Of a stretch of DNA of 64,000 nt, positions 48,886 through 61,450 are shown in pieces. This DNA comes from Lama guanicoe (Eukaryota), in assembly GCA_013239625.1 (NCBI GenBank), contig MU053404.1, forward strand, positions 22,413-86,412, given 5' to 3'. The translations under genes and the position numbers were made by a program. Under the pieces are notes generated by a model. That model was not told the origin of the DNA and made no database searches. It worked only from the letters and a program-made list of their open reading frames with translations. Each line of letters begins with the position of its first letter. Position 1 is the first letter of the stretch.

Positions 48886-51800
48886 CAGTTATATACATTA
48901 GGTATCTAGTGGTTCACAATACTCATCGTGTTTAAGTAAACATTTTTATAACATACAGATGTGCAGGGAGCATAAATGTGGAAACAGTGGCATGGTTTCT
49001 TAAATCTCCCTCCTCAAAAAGAAAATAGTGCAACAAAGATAGCAAAACCCAAACCTCTCCAACATCTACAATAAAACTATGACAAATATAAGTAGTTACT
49101 TCTTTAGGATTACTCTTCTTGTTCTGTCTCCAGTTTATTAATTTGGATACTTAGATCATTTGTTTTCAACTGCAGTTCTTTCCTGATAAACCTATTTAAA
49201 ATTAAAACTATAGCTTTTAATTAAATTTGCTTTTAATTTGTAGTTTTTCTTTATTGTTTTTTAGTTCCAAATATTTCATAATTTCCCTCATGATTTCCTT
49301 TTGAACCTAAACTCTCTTTTGTACACTTCACTTCTAGTCATACCTTCTTAAATTTCCAGATATTTGGTAATTTTAGGACTATTTTATTTTATTTTTTTTA
49401 ATAGAAGTACAGTCAGTTTATAATGCTGTGTCAATTTCTGGCGTACAGCACAATGTTTCAGTCGTACATGAATATACATATGTTCATTTTCACTAGAACT
49501 GTTGTTTTAGGATTAATCTCAAACTTTAGTGCAGTATGGTTAGAAAATATATTTGTTTTATGCATTATGGATCAAGAACATATCAATGGAGAATGAACAT
49601 GTTTCATTAGAATGTAGTGAGACTTTCTTTGTGGCAAACTACATGCTACTGTTTCATGTATGCTTAAAAGAATGTGTATTCTCTGTTAGGGGATGTTGTA
49701 ATATGTATAAAACATGCAAACCCAGTCACTTCCATTTGCTAGATTTTCTTCTGACTTTTTTTCTCATTTACTGCTTTCTATTTAACAGGACTTTTTCCTT
49801 GAGATTGGTTTGAAAGTTACACATTCTGTTTTGCAAGCAAGGATGCTTCCTCCTAAAACACATATCATTTTAATTTATCTCCACAGATTTCTCAAAAACA
49901 TCTACATTTCCCCCGGAAAGCCATTTATCATGCTTTCACGTCCTTTTATTCCTCTACCCTCATCCACTAAATAGTGTTGACATTATCTAGTATTTTAGAA
50001 TTTTATTTCAGACATTTTCTGTATTTTGTCTTGCTCTTTCAGTCAACAAGAATAAACTTTGCTATATTAATTTCCCACTTCATTTCCCATAGCTCTCACA
50101 TCATCTTTCTGAATATATTTCCCTTCTTATTTGAGTGCTTTGTTCAAGGGTGTTTTCAAGGTACATCTTTGTCTGGAGAACTTTTTAGGCCTTCTGTAAC
50201 TGAGAATAATTTTGCCCTCAAATTTAACTGACTCTTTGGCTGGATGTTAATTTATATACTTTTTAAACATTTTTATTGAGTTATAGTCATTTTACAATGT
50301 TGTGTCAAAATCCAGTGTAGTGCACATATATTTCTAAAGTTATTTTCTTGTACTTTATAAGATTATCCAACTGTTTTTTTAAATGTGACATCTTGTTGAG
50401 AAATCTGAATTCAATCTTAATTTTGCTTCTTTGTATGTAATCCTCTCTTTCTCTCTGGAAGCTTTGAAAACTTTTACTTTGTGGTGTTCTTAAATTATAT
50501 GGTGTTCAGAGATTTTTAAAAATTATTACTGGTCTTGAGAATTTCATGAATATAGTTCATATACTATATTTCTGGAAAATCTATGACCATTGCTACTTGA
50601 AACATTTCCTTCCCTCTTCTCTCTCTTTTTATGGGACTCTCATTTCTAGAAGTTGACACTTTTATTTATATCTTCTCTCTCTCTTTCCCCTCCCCACATG
50701 AATATGCTGCATTTTTATAATACAGTTAGAATCAGATAATATTTTGTTCAGAGTTTTCTCTTTTTGTTTATAACTTAAAGGTTTATAATTTACTTATATC
50801 ATTTTTTTCTGGTTTTCTAGCTCATAATGAGCTTGTAGTTTTGCTTGAAAGTTCCTTTAAAGTTTGGCTATGGAGTTATTCTGGAGGGGCAGTTGAGAAG
50901 CCCAAAACTATAATTTTACTTTCTTCAATGCTTGTAGGTCTATTAAATTTTATATTTCTTCTTGGACCAATTTAGAATGTCATATTTTTTTCCAGGAAGT
51001 CTCCAGTTATATACATTAGGTATCTAGTGGTTCACAATACTCATCGTGTTTAAGTAAACATTTTTATAACATACAGACGTGCAGGGAGCATAAATGTGGA
51101 AACAGTGGCATGGTTTCTTAAATCTCCCTCCTCAAAAAGAAAATAGTGCAACAATCTCCAACATCTAAAACTATGACAAATATAAGTAGTTACTTCTTTA
51201 GGATTACTCTTCTTGTTCTGTCTCCAGTTTATTAATTTGGATACTTAGATCATTTGTTTTCAACTGTAGTTCTTTCCTTTCCATATAACATACAGACGTG
51301 CAGGGAGCATAAATGTGGAAACAGTGGCATAGTTTCTTAAATCTCCCTCCTCAAAAAGAAAATAGTGCAACAAAGATAGCAAAACCCAAACCTCTTCAAC
51401 ATCTACAATAAAACTATGACAAATATAAGTAGTTATTTCTTTAGGATTACTCTTCTTGTTCTGTCTCCAGTTTATTAATTTGGATACTTAGATCATTTGT
51501 TTTCAACTGCAGTTCTTTCCTGATAAACCTATTTAAAATTAAAACTATAGCTTTTAATTAAATTTGCTTTTAATTTGTAGTTTTTCTTTATTGTTTTTTA
51601 GTTCCAAATATTTCATAATTTCCCTCATGATTTCCTTTTGAACCTAAACTCTCTTTTGTACACTTCACTTCTAGTCATACCTTCTTAAATTTCCAGATAT
51701 TTGGTAATTTTAGGACTATTTTATTTTATTTTTTTTAATAGAAGTACAGTCAGTTTATAATGCTGTGTCAATTTCTGGCGTACAGCACAATGTTTCAGTC

Positions 51801-53033
51801 GTACATGAATATACATATGTTCATTTTCACTAGAACTGTTGTTTTAGGATTAATCTCAAACTTTAGTGCAGTATGGTTAGAAAATATATTTGTTTTATGC
51901 ATTATGGATCAAGAACATATCAATGGAGAATGAACATGTTTCATTAGAATGTAGTGAGACTTTCTTTGTGGCAAACTACATGCTACTGTTTCATGTATGC
52001 TTAAAAGAATGTGTATTCTCTGTTAGGGGATGTTGTAATATGTATAAAACATGCAAACCCAGTCACTTCCATTTGCTAGATTTTCTTCTGACTTTTTTTC
52101 TCATTTACTGCTTTCTATTTAACAGGACTTTTTCCTTGAGATTGGTTTGAAAGTTACACATTCTGTTTTGCAAGCAAGGATGCTTCCTCCTAAAACACAT
52201 ATCATTTTAATTTATCTCCACAGATTTCTCAAAAACATCTACATTTCCCCCGGAAAGCCATTTATCATGCTTTCACGTCCTTTTATTCCTCTACCCTCAT
52301 CCACTAAATAGTGTTGACATTATCTAGTATTTTAGAATTTTATTTCAGACATTTTCTGTATTTTGTCTTGCTCTTTCAGTCAACAAGAATAAACTTTGCT
52401 ATATTAATTTCCCACTTCATTTCCCATAGCTCTCACATCATCTTTCTGAATATATTTCCCTTCTTATTTGAGTGCTTTGTTCAAGGGTGTTTTCAAGGTA
52501 CATCTTTGTCTGGAGAACTTTTTAGGCCTTCTGTAACTGAGAATAATTTTGCCCTCAAATTTAACTGACTCTTTGGCTGGATGTTAATTTATATACTTTT
52601 TAAACATTTTTATTGAGTTATAGTCATTTTACAATGTTGTGTCAAAATCCAGTGTAGTGCACATATATTTCTAAAGTTATTTTCTTGTACTTTATAAGAT
52701 TATCCAACTGTTTTTTTAAATGTGACATCTTGTTGAGAAATCTGAATTCAATCTTAATTTTGCTTCTTTGTATGTAATCCTCTCTTTCTCTCTGGAAGCT
52801 TTGAAAACTTTTACTTTGTGGTGTTCTTAAATTATATGGTGTTCAGAGATTTTTAAAAATTATTACTGGTCTTGAGAATTTCATGAATATAGTTCATATA
52901 CTATATTTCTGGAAAATCTATGACCATTGCTACTTGAAACATTTCCTTCCCTCTTCTCTCTCTTTTTATGGGACTCTCATTTCTAGAAGTTGACACTTTT
53001 ATTTATATCTTCTCTCTCTCTTTCCCCTCCCCA
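48576..53033. repeat. Near-identical ~2.1-kb tandem duplication; the second copy carries an internal ~220-bp duplication
   Basis: 48576-50696 vs 50694-53033 with 'cca' junction microhomology. ORFs 49553/51890 and 49974/52311 translate identically. Internal repeat at 51065-51278 / 51284-51521. Confidence 0.93.
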
Positions 53034-53739
53034 TTTTTGGTATTTTTATTCTTCAGGACCTGCCGCCTTTAGGAGAGTACCACTATCTGATATTGTGGAT
53101 TTCTGGATCACTAATTCGTTTCTCTCCTGCACCCATCCTGCCACTTATCTTCTCTGTTGACTTATTTGCTTCAACTAACATGTTTCATAATGAATATTTC
53201 CCTTTGTTCTTTTTATGCTTTATATTCTCAGTATCTTCCCTAATATCCTTGAGTATGTTCATCAGGCTTATTTTCAAATTCTAACTCTTTCCCAATAATT
53301 TAGATTCCTGTGGCATACATTGTTTACTTTCATTCTGGTTGTGCTCTCTGATGTCAGGTTAATTTGACATGTGTACTCATGATCCCAGAGATAGTGCTGC
53401 CCTGTTTGATAACTGGTCAGGCCCTAGCTCTAGTTATTCACTTGAAGGAGGGTATGGGGACAGGATGGTCCCCAGAGAATGTCTCAGGCACCACACAATT
53501 ATCAGCCATTCCCACTTATTGCCACTCCGTGTAGAAACATCTACGATCACTAGGAAGAAGGCATCTTCTTAGCTTGTATTCCAAAAGCCTTAAGGATTTA
53601 AAGAGAGACCAAGTGAGTGGCCATGAGCTCACCTGTTTCTGTCAGCTGTCCATGCTTGCAGGGCTTTTAACTGCCATCATGGCACCCCATGGAGAAGAGA
53701 TGGCTGGCTTTCCTCCAATGCAAGGTTTTTGCTTCTTCC

Positions 53740-54190
53740 ATAGTAATGTAATATTATCTGGGCATGTGGACACCAAATATAATAAATACATTTCCCAGGC
53801 TCAGCTGCAGCCAGGTGAGGCCAGGTGACCAAGTTCTGGCCAATAAGACATAAATGGAAGAGGTCTGTGCAGCTTCCCCCAGATTTTTGCCTTCATGGGA
53901 AAGGTTGTGCCCTCCAGTTGACTTTTCCTTTTTATTATCAGTTAAAATGGAGACTTATTGGCAGGAGTTTAACAGTCACCTTGGACCATAATATGGAACC
54001 ATTCTTTGAGGTTGGCAGAAAACCAAGAGCCTGAATTCTTTATAATTATGTGAGGCTTTTGGAATACAAGCTATGTCAACATACCATAAGACTGCTTATC
54101 AGTGCATGAAAGAACAATAAATGTCCGACTTGTTGAAGCTACAATTATTCAGAATTTCCTTATTATAATAGCTAAACCATTATCATGTTC
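53740..54190 (+). mobile_element. MLT1-type LTR
   Basis: 'acatttcccaggctcagctgcagccaggtgaggccaggtgaccaagttctggccaataagacataaatggaag'. Confidence 0.7.
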
Positions 54191-55210
54191 CCTACAAAAT
54201 CCTACTTACGTAAGCAGGACAAATATCAAAAATTTCATTTCATGGAAGAAAATACTAGACTTATACAAAATAAGAGTGGGCACTTAGGTTAGGATCCAGG
54301 ACTCCTGGGACCCAGCCCAGGACGCTTTCCTCATGAAACTCGGTGATGAGTTTGCTCCATGGTCTCCACGTTAGACAATGGTTTTGCCCTCACTCTCTGC
54401 CTTGATATGGACTTCTGAATTTTATAATGTAGAAATAAAAATCAGACTCTCCAATCATCTCTGATTCAGTCTTGGTTGAGACTAGAGGACCCACACATTA
54501 CAACAGAAAGAACCTTGAGAAGACACAAGATTCCTTGAGTGCAAATGGCAAAGTCAGCATCACGAGCAGCCCTGGCTTAAGCAGATAAGGAAGAAGGTTA
54601 GAAAATAGCTACACCCTAGTTACCATAATTTTTACCTTAAGTTTATTCATTTATCTTCTCATTATTAATTGTTCATAAACCTGTTTACTGAAAATAACAT
54701 AGATCATTTCTGTATTGTTGAGAGCTTTGTTTTAATGGCTACAAGGATTTTTGATTCATAAGCTTCATTCAATAAGTGTTTAGGTAGTTTCCTCTTTTTG
54801 GAGGGAAAAATACACTGTTCACTTAAAGTTGTAAACACTTTGCCATCCAATATTGACCTTACTTGCTAATATTTTTGAACATTAACCTAACCTCCATAAT
54901 CTCACTGATCAAAATCCGACCAGACCTTTAGAAATGAACATTGCAAAAGACATTTGCTTTCATGAAAAGTTTTTTTATAAGTAAAATAAGTGAATAGATA
55001 TGCCACTCTTAACAGATTAACTATAAAGAAATATACAAAATCTTGATTTTCCTCAATAATATCAAACTCATGGTGCAGAGTCAGGGGAGAGGAGTGGTGA
55101 CAAGGTGCATGTGGGAATCAGAAATGAGACACTCGAGGTAGAAATTTCTGTGACGTTCCTCACTGAGGGGATGGAGGACACCTGCAGTTTCTCTGCAGGA
55201 GTCATTTGCC

Positions 55211-56155
55211 TCATGAAAAGGAAACCTTGCCCCTGACAAGCCTCCCCAGGGCCCTCTTCATGTCCTTGTTGCACAGGCTGTAAATGAAGGGGTTCAGCAG
55301 GGGAGTCACCACTGTGTACATGACGGCCCCTGATACATCATCTTCTACTGAGTTTAAGGAAGAGGATGAGGGGTGCAGATAAGTCCTGATCACAGTCCCA
55401 AAGAACAAGGCAACAACAGCAAGGTGGGATCCACATGTAGAGAATGCCTTGTACCTCCTTTGGGCAGAGGGGGCCCTAAGGATGGCTGAAGCAATGTGGA
55501 TATAAGAGACCAGGATGAGCACAAAGGGGATTAAAATGACTGCTCCCCCCAGGAAGAAGAGCACAAACTCATTGACCCTAGTGTCAGAGCAAGACACCTT
55601 CATCAGGGGTCCCAGGTCACAGAAGAAGTCGGGAATGATCTTCTTAGAGCAGAAGGAAAGTCGGAATATTAGGACGGTATGGGTCATGGCAACAAGACTA
55701 GTAAGGGTCCAGCAGGCAGTAACCAGGAGGACGCAGTGCCGGTGGCTCATGACCACTGTGTAGTGGAGAGGGTAGCAGATGGCCACGTAGCGGTCATAGG
55801 CCATTGTGGCCAGGAGAAATATGTCCATGTCCCCAAAAGTCAAGAAGAAGTAGAGCTGAACCAGGCATTCTGCACAGGAAATGGACCTGCTCTGGGTCTG
55901 GATGTTCACCAGGGCCTTAGGCACGGTGGTGGAGGTGAAAAGGATGTCGTCACAGGACAGGGTGGCAAGGAAGAAGTACATGGGGGTGTGGAGACACCTG
56001 TCAGTGCCAACGGCGAGCACGATGAGCAGGTTCCCGGCCACAATGACCACATACATCCACAGGAACAGCAGGAAGAGCATGTGCTGCTGCTCTGGCCGCT
56101 CAGACAGTCCCCAGAGGAGGAACTCGGAGATGCTGCTCTGGTTCCCTCCTGCCAT
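55211..56155 (-). CDS. OR1P1: Olfactory receptor family 1, OR1P1-like, open 314-aa ORF
   Basis: MAGGNQSSISEFLLWGLSE..., [48 protein letters not shown]. First ATG is at 56155 (the ORF track starts at an upstream GTG). Confidence 0.88.
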   Translation of the reverse strand: MAGGNQSSISEFLLWGLSERPEQQHMLFLLFLWMYVVIVAGNLLIVLAVGTDRCLHTPMYFFLATLSCDDILFTSTTVPKALVNIQTQSRSISCAECLVQLYFFLTFGDMDIFLLATMAYDRYVAICYPLHYTVVMSHRHCVLLVTACWTLTSLVAMTHTVLIFRLSFCSKKIIPDFFCDLGPLMKVSCSDTRVNEFVLFFLGGAVILIPFVLILVSYIHIASAILRAPSAQRRYKAFSTCGSHLAVVALFFGTVIRTYLHPSSSSLNSVEDDVSGAVMYTVVTPLLNPFIYSLCNKDMKRALGRLVRGKVSFS

Positions 56156-56489
56156 GAGCACAGAAGTCAGAGAAAGAGACCTTGAGTGACACCCATTAAC
56201 ACTCTTCTAACACATTCCACTCTAGATGATTGATGAGCATACCAGGCTCTCAACTCTTGAGAAGAAAAAGAAGAGTGATCTTAGTTCATTGGTATTGGTC
56301 ACCTACTACATGCACTGTATACTTTTTATTGAAGCCTACCAGATACAATATACTAGGAAGTGTGGGAGACAATCTAAGGGCATTAAACTGGATTTCTTGG
56401 TTTATTTCTCAACACTCCTTTCTGTTCCAAATTTCTTTAGTTGTAGTTTCTTTTTCTTCAGCTGCACTCTCAGGAGAGTCTAGAAGTTT

Positions 56490-56750
56490 TCACTTATTTA
56501 TTCATTCATTCCACAGGTATTAGGTACCAACTCTAGACCTGGTAGACTGCTGGATAAATAAGACAGTGATAATCATTAACCTCAGAGAAGCTTCAGTCTA
56601 ATGGGATACACATAACTGTCTATAAAAAAAAATCCTGTAAAATGTTGATTCAGGGTCCTTTGTGTAAAGCAAAGGATCTGGAACTTTACTGCATCTGTTA
56701 TAAAGGGCCACTAAAGCTACCTGAGCAGGAAGTGACATTCGTGCTTGAGG
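56490..56750 (-). mobile_element. L2 3' fragment
   Basis: 'ttatttattcattcattccacaggtattaggtaccaact...cttcagtctaatggg'. Confidence 0.55.
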
Positions 56751-56959
56751 AGACCCAATATGTGAAAAGCTTGTTCCTTTCCCAGGTGTGAAACTAGCTG
56801 AAGTTTAGTTAGACCCAGAGTCGATCAGTCAGGTGGAGGCAAAAAACCACCTTCTTTACTGAAAAAGACGAGGTGGGAAAATGTACCTTAGCTGTGTTCA
56901 CTAAGTGAGCTTTTAAATATGCTTCCAAAGTTAAATCTCTTTCCCCTTTCACAGGCTCA

Positions 56960-57230
56960 GCTGGACGGTCACGTGTCTCTCCCCCAGGGGAAGAGCCCGC
57001 CCCTCTAAAAGACAAAACTGGGAAGAAGAGAGCAAAGTGGCTGTTTCCTGAAAGTGAGCAGAATCCTGATGAGAAGGGAGAAGTTGAGGCCCGAAAGTCA
57101 GCAATCAGATGAGTCACTGGATAAAGCAGTGCAGAGGTCAGGGCTGCTGGTCTAACGGAAGAGGACTTCATACAGAGAGAAACATCGGGAGAAGGGAGGG
57201 CTTGTTCCCCTAATGAGTGAGGCAATTGTA
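56960..57230 (-). promoter_or_regulatory. Candidate promoter of the OR1P1-like gene
   Basis: O/E-like TCCCCCAGGGGA at 56980-56991, E-box CACGTG at ~56970, TAATGA at 57211 and CAATTG at 57223; 0.8-1.1 kb upstream of the ATG. Confidence 0.45.
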
Positions 57231-57499
57231 TATGGATGAGCTTTCTCTCCATTGCTGTTGGTAAAATTCCACGCATTACCACACCAGTATCACCTACTAC
57301 AGAAAATGTCACCACTGGTCCTTCCACGGAGAAAAGATTGTCCCTGCACCGAATTTCCACAATATTTGTCTACAGAATTTTTATGATTTTTTTCTGTTGG
57401 CACTTGAATTGAACATTTTCTTGTCCCTGTATTACCTGTAGGTTCTTTGTTATATTTTGCTTTCTGCAAAATAGTAGCTGCAATAGTGCCTTGGATACA

Positions 57500-59170
57500 G
57501 CAAGATTTAAAGAATTACAAGAAAGCTCTGAAAAATTCAAGCTTTACAGAGAATTATGTAGAAAAAAAAATCTCTATAGAGAAAAATTCCAGTACAGTGT
57601 ATCGCCAAGAATTCTCAAAATTTCATAAGACAGTTAAGGTTTGGGAAAGAATATTACAAAGGGGAAATAAAGAAACGCAGAGAAGAAATGTCTAGACACC
57701 AGGAAGATGTGAAATAGGAATGGAGGAAACGCTAGAAAGAAACTGAAGAAGTCATTTCTTCAGCGAAAACTCTAAGAAGTCAAAGGAAAATGACTAATAC
57801 AGAAATCATTGGAAAGGACATAAAGGATAGATATTTAAAAAGGAAAATAAAACAAAAATTTTAAGTGAGATTAAAAAGTTAGAAAGAGATGAGTATAGAA
57901 AACTAATAAAGGAGACTCAGTCTATGATAAACAGAGCCTCTAAGATGATAACCAAACATTGGAATAGAAGAAATATTTAAGATTATAATTTAAATAAACT
58001 TCACTGAAATGAAAGAAAACCTTACTCTACATATTGAAAAGACATCTCTTACACCTGGGAAAATTGATTTAAAAAATAGTCAATTCCAAAACATATTTTA
58101 GTACAATTATGACACTTTTAAGATAAAGAATCCTCAGGCAACCAGCTCTTCCTCCCCCTCCCCTCAAAAATCAAGGAAGTGACAAGGAGGAAAAATCAGG
58201 TTGGCATCAGTCTGACAGCAACATTCAAAGGCATAAAATAATAAAAGAACAGCTCAGGAAACTCAAAAATATAAAGGTGAGTCAAGGATTTGTTTTCAGC
58301 CAATCTGTACTTTGAGTATAAGGGCTTCAAGCAAAAAGTTCAGAACATAAAGAAATTCCGGGAATGTTGTTCCCATGAACTCTTCCTGGGGAAACTGCTA
58401 GAACAGGAGCTTCAGATAATCAAAAAAGGGTTGAAGTAACCTCGGCGAAAGGACTAGTAAAAAGCACTAAGTATATATTTACTATAGAACTAAGATCAAA
58501 ATGTGGGGTTAAAGGTGGTAAAACAGTATGTAAATTAATATACTCTAATAATGTGGAAATAACTACCAATAAATGGGAGATGGAAGAGGAAAGTGAAAAG
58601 TATAATAAATTCCTGATTTTCCCTGAGGAACAGCTAGGAGAAAAGGAATTGAATATTAAGCAGATCTGTCAAATAGTAGGTGTTTAAGCCTATTAAAGAA
58701 GACAAAAGATAGACTAAGAAAGATAATACTGCTGATAAAATAGTGTTATTGGAGGGTGGAAAAGAGGGAAGGAAGAAGAGAATAAATGCTACAACTTAAC
58801 TTTCTTGTTGTTTAGACTAAGGAACAAAAGAGACTGTCTAAAGAAAGAGAGGGCTCAGGGCACATGTTACTTTGAGGTATTATCAGAATGGAATATGTCC
58901 TATGATGAGAGAGAAAGAAAGAGAAGGAACAGACTACATACTAAAGGGCATAAAAGAGTGTGACAGGTAAAATAATCTGACAGACCTAGGCCAAACATAT
59001 CAGTCATGTTAATAAATATAAACGAGCTTAATGCCCCCTTTAAAGAAAAAAGTATAAATTGACTCACCAAACAAAACCCAACTCTACTCTGTATACAAAA
59101 GAATGAGCTAAAATAAGGAATTCAGAACAGTTGAAAATGAAATGATAGGCAAAGGCGTGGAGGCTAATGT
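57500..59170 (+). mobile_element. Old L1 ORF1 to early ORF2 remnant
   Basis: A-rich degenerate ORF1 text, and the endonuclease start 'aacatatcagtcatgttaataaatataaacgagcttaatgccccc'. Confidence 0.6.
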
Positions 59171-59199
59171 GAACACAAGGATGTGATCTTTATATCAAC

Positions 59200-60230
59200 A
59201 AGTTGGTGATGGAGCAACTGGATATCTACCTGCCAAAGAATGAAAGAATGACCCCTACCTCAGACCATATTGAAAATGAAGTCAAAATGTATCAAAGATC
59301 TTAATGTAAGAGCTAAAACCATAAAACTCTTAGAAGAACAAAGGGAATAAATCTTCATGACCTTGGATTGGGCAATGGCTTCTTAGATATGACACCAAGA
59401 GCTTTGTCAACAAAAGAAAATGTAGATAAATTGGACATCATCAGATTGTAAAACATTTGTACTTCAAAGGACACCATCAAGAAACTGAAAAGGCAGCCCA
59501 CAGAATGGGAGGAAATTCTTGCAAATCATAAATCTGATGAGAGATGATTGTCAAGAATATAAAAAGAAAAATTACAGCTCAATAATAGAAGACAGCTAAC
59601 ACAGTTTTAAAATGAGCAAAGGATCTGAATAGACATTTATCCAAAGAAGACACACAAATCAGCACTAAGCATATAAGAAATGTTCAACATCATTAGCCGT
59701 TAGGGAAATGCAAATCACAAAGTGCCATTTCACATCGCCTTGGATGGCTAGAATCAGTAAGCCAGATAACATGAGTTGTTGAGGACGTAGAGACACTGGG
59801 ACCCTGATAAACTGCAAGCTGGAATATAAAATGGTTCTGTTTCTTCGGAAAATGGTCTGGCAGTTTCTCAAAAGGCTAAACAGAGAGTTTGCATATGACT
59901 CAGCAATTTCACATCCAAGAAAAATGAAAATATGTGTCATCATAAATGTTTGTACATAAAGCTTCAAAGCAGTATTATTCATCATAAACCAAAATGGAAC
60001 ATGACCCAAATATCCATCAACTGGTGAATGAATCAATAAGATCTAGCATATCATGCAATGGAATGGTATTTGACAATTACAAAGAAGTGAATTACTGATA
60101 CACTACAACATGGATGGACCTTGAAAACATTATACTAAGTGGAAGAAGCCAGACTCAAAAGCTAACATATTGTATGATTCAATTTATATGAAATTTCCTG
60201 AATAAGCAATGTAGATCAGTGGCTGTCTAA
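59200..60230 (+). mobile_element. L1MB-type ORF2 end + 3'UTR
   Basis: 'acaccatcaagaaactgaaaaggcagcccacagaatgggag', 'tagggaaatgcaaatcaca', 'acaacatggatggaccttgaaaacattatactaagtggaagaagccagactcaaaa'. Confidence 0.85.
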
Positions 60231-60649
60231 GTCTGGGAGAGATGGGCTAGTGGGGGTGACAGGTAACCCGTCAGCAGTGTGTCCCCATGAGCAACACACA
60301 GGAGGGGGAGAGGGTGAGCGACTCCTTGAGGGGCCAGAAAGAGGAGGGTCTGACAAAGACACTGGGATGCAGAGATCTCTGAGGGCATCACCCTCCACCT
60401 GGCCGGGGCAGGACTCAGCACACTGGGCTGCATGCCAGGCTCTGCCGGACATCAACACAGGCTCAGAGCAAGACCCTCCTAAGTAAAGAGCATTTCCTGC
60501 CAAGTCACACAGCAAAGCAGGATTCTGCCAGAGCCTCCCTGCTGAGGAGGAGGATGATGTTGGGGGCAGGACAGTGCTCAAGGAAGAGAACTTACACTCA
60601 GTGGGTCCTACCAGGACCCCAGACCCAGGAACATCCTAAACCTCTTTAG

Positions 60650-60800
60650 AGACACTGGAAGCAGACATTGTGCCAATGAGGAAAGTGAGGCTGGAAGAGG
60701 CTGAGTGAGGTGCCCCAGGTCACACACTGATGAGTAGCAGAATCTGCCTCTGCTCTTACCCCTGTAACTCCTGGTGCCGGGCACTGGTGTCCTGTACTTT
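60650..60800 (-). mobile_element. MIR SINE
   Basis: 'aatgaggaaagtgaggctggaagaggctgagtgaggtgccccaggtcacacac'. Confidence 0.65.
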
Positions 60801-61039
60801 GGAAGGCAGAAAGGCCAGGTAGAGCTGATGTTTGGGCTTAAATAGCTTCCTACTGGCCAACTCGCTGTCCATTCTGACTCTCTCTCTGAGGGCTGACAGA
60901 TGCCATCTTGGGTCCCCTGAGTTCCCTCCATCAGTGCCTGCCTGACCATGACGGTCTCCCTGTGACCTGTCCATTCAACACCACCAGTCAATCTGACACT
61001 GCCTGTTCTATTAGACCAAATAGGATATTTTTCAGTTTC

Positions 61040-61450
61040 TTGGACACACAGGCTCCCTCAACCCCACTCCCTAGTCCTCAGCTCTGGTTTCTCAGTTACT
61101 CTTTCTTCTCCTGGAACATTCTCTCCACCATCACTTACCACCCCTGTTAATGCATTAAGTCCTCTACATCCCTGAGGTCCCAACATAAATGTCCTTAAGA
61201 CAACTTCTCAGGCTATCTGCATCTTGCTGGGCATTCCATTATCAACCTTCACTGGCCTCCTTTCAACACTACTACAGTTTATAACATCTACTTCATCAAG
61301 TTCAGCATCAGCACAAGAATGAAAGCTTTAGGAAGTCAGGTCCTTGTGTGATCTGTTCATCATGAAATTCCCCAGGGCTTAAGATAATACTTGGCACCAA
61401 AGAGATGTTCACTAAACAATGTCTGAGTGTATGAAGGCATGAACACTGGA
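61040..61450 (+). mobile_element. L2 fragment
   Basis: 'ctggaacattctctcc...ctgaggtcccaacataaatgtc...ccccagggcttaagataatacttggcacc'. Confidence 0.55.

Noticed and set aside
49553..52568. Two pairs of identical 85-86 aa ORFs resembling a duplicated small-gene cassette
   Set aside because: Chance ORFs with non-ATG starts in AT-rich old L1 sequence, identical only because of the DNA duplication.
46073..53033. Repeat-spacer-like or CRISPR-like array
   Set aside because: Mammalian DNA. The units are hundreds of bp long, directly adjacent, and lack unique spacers.
56809..57360. 183-aa minus-strand ORF upstream of the OR1P1-like gene
   Set aside because: No recognisable domain and a non-ATG start; it overlaps the likely promoter and is probably a chance ORF.
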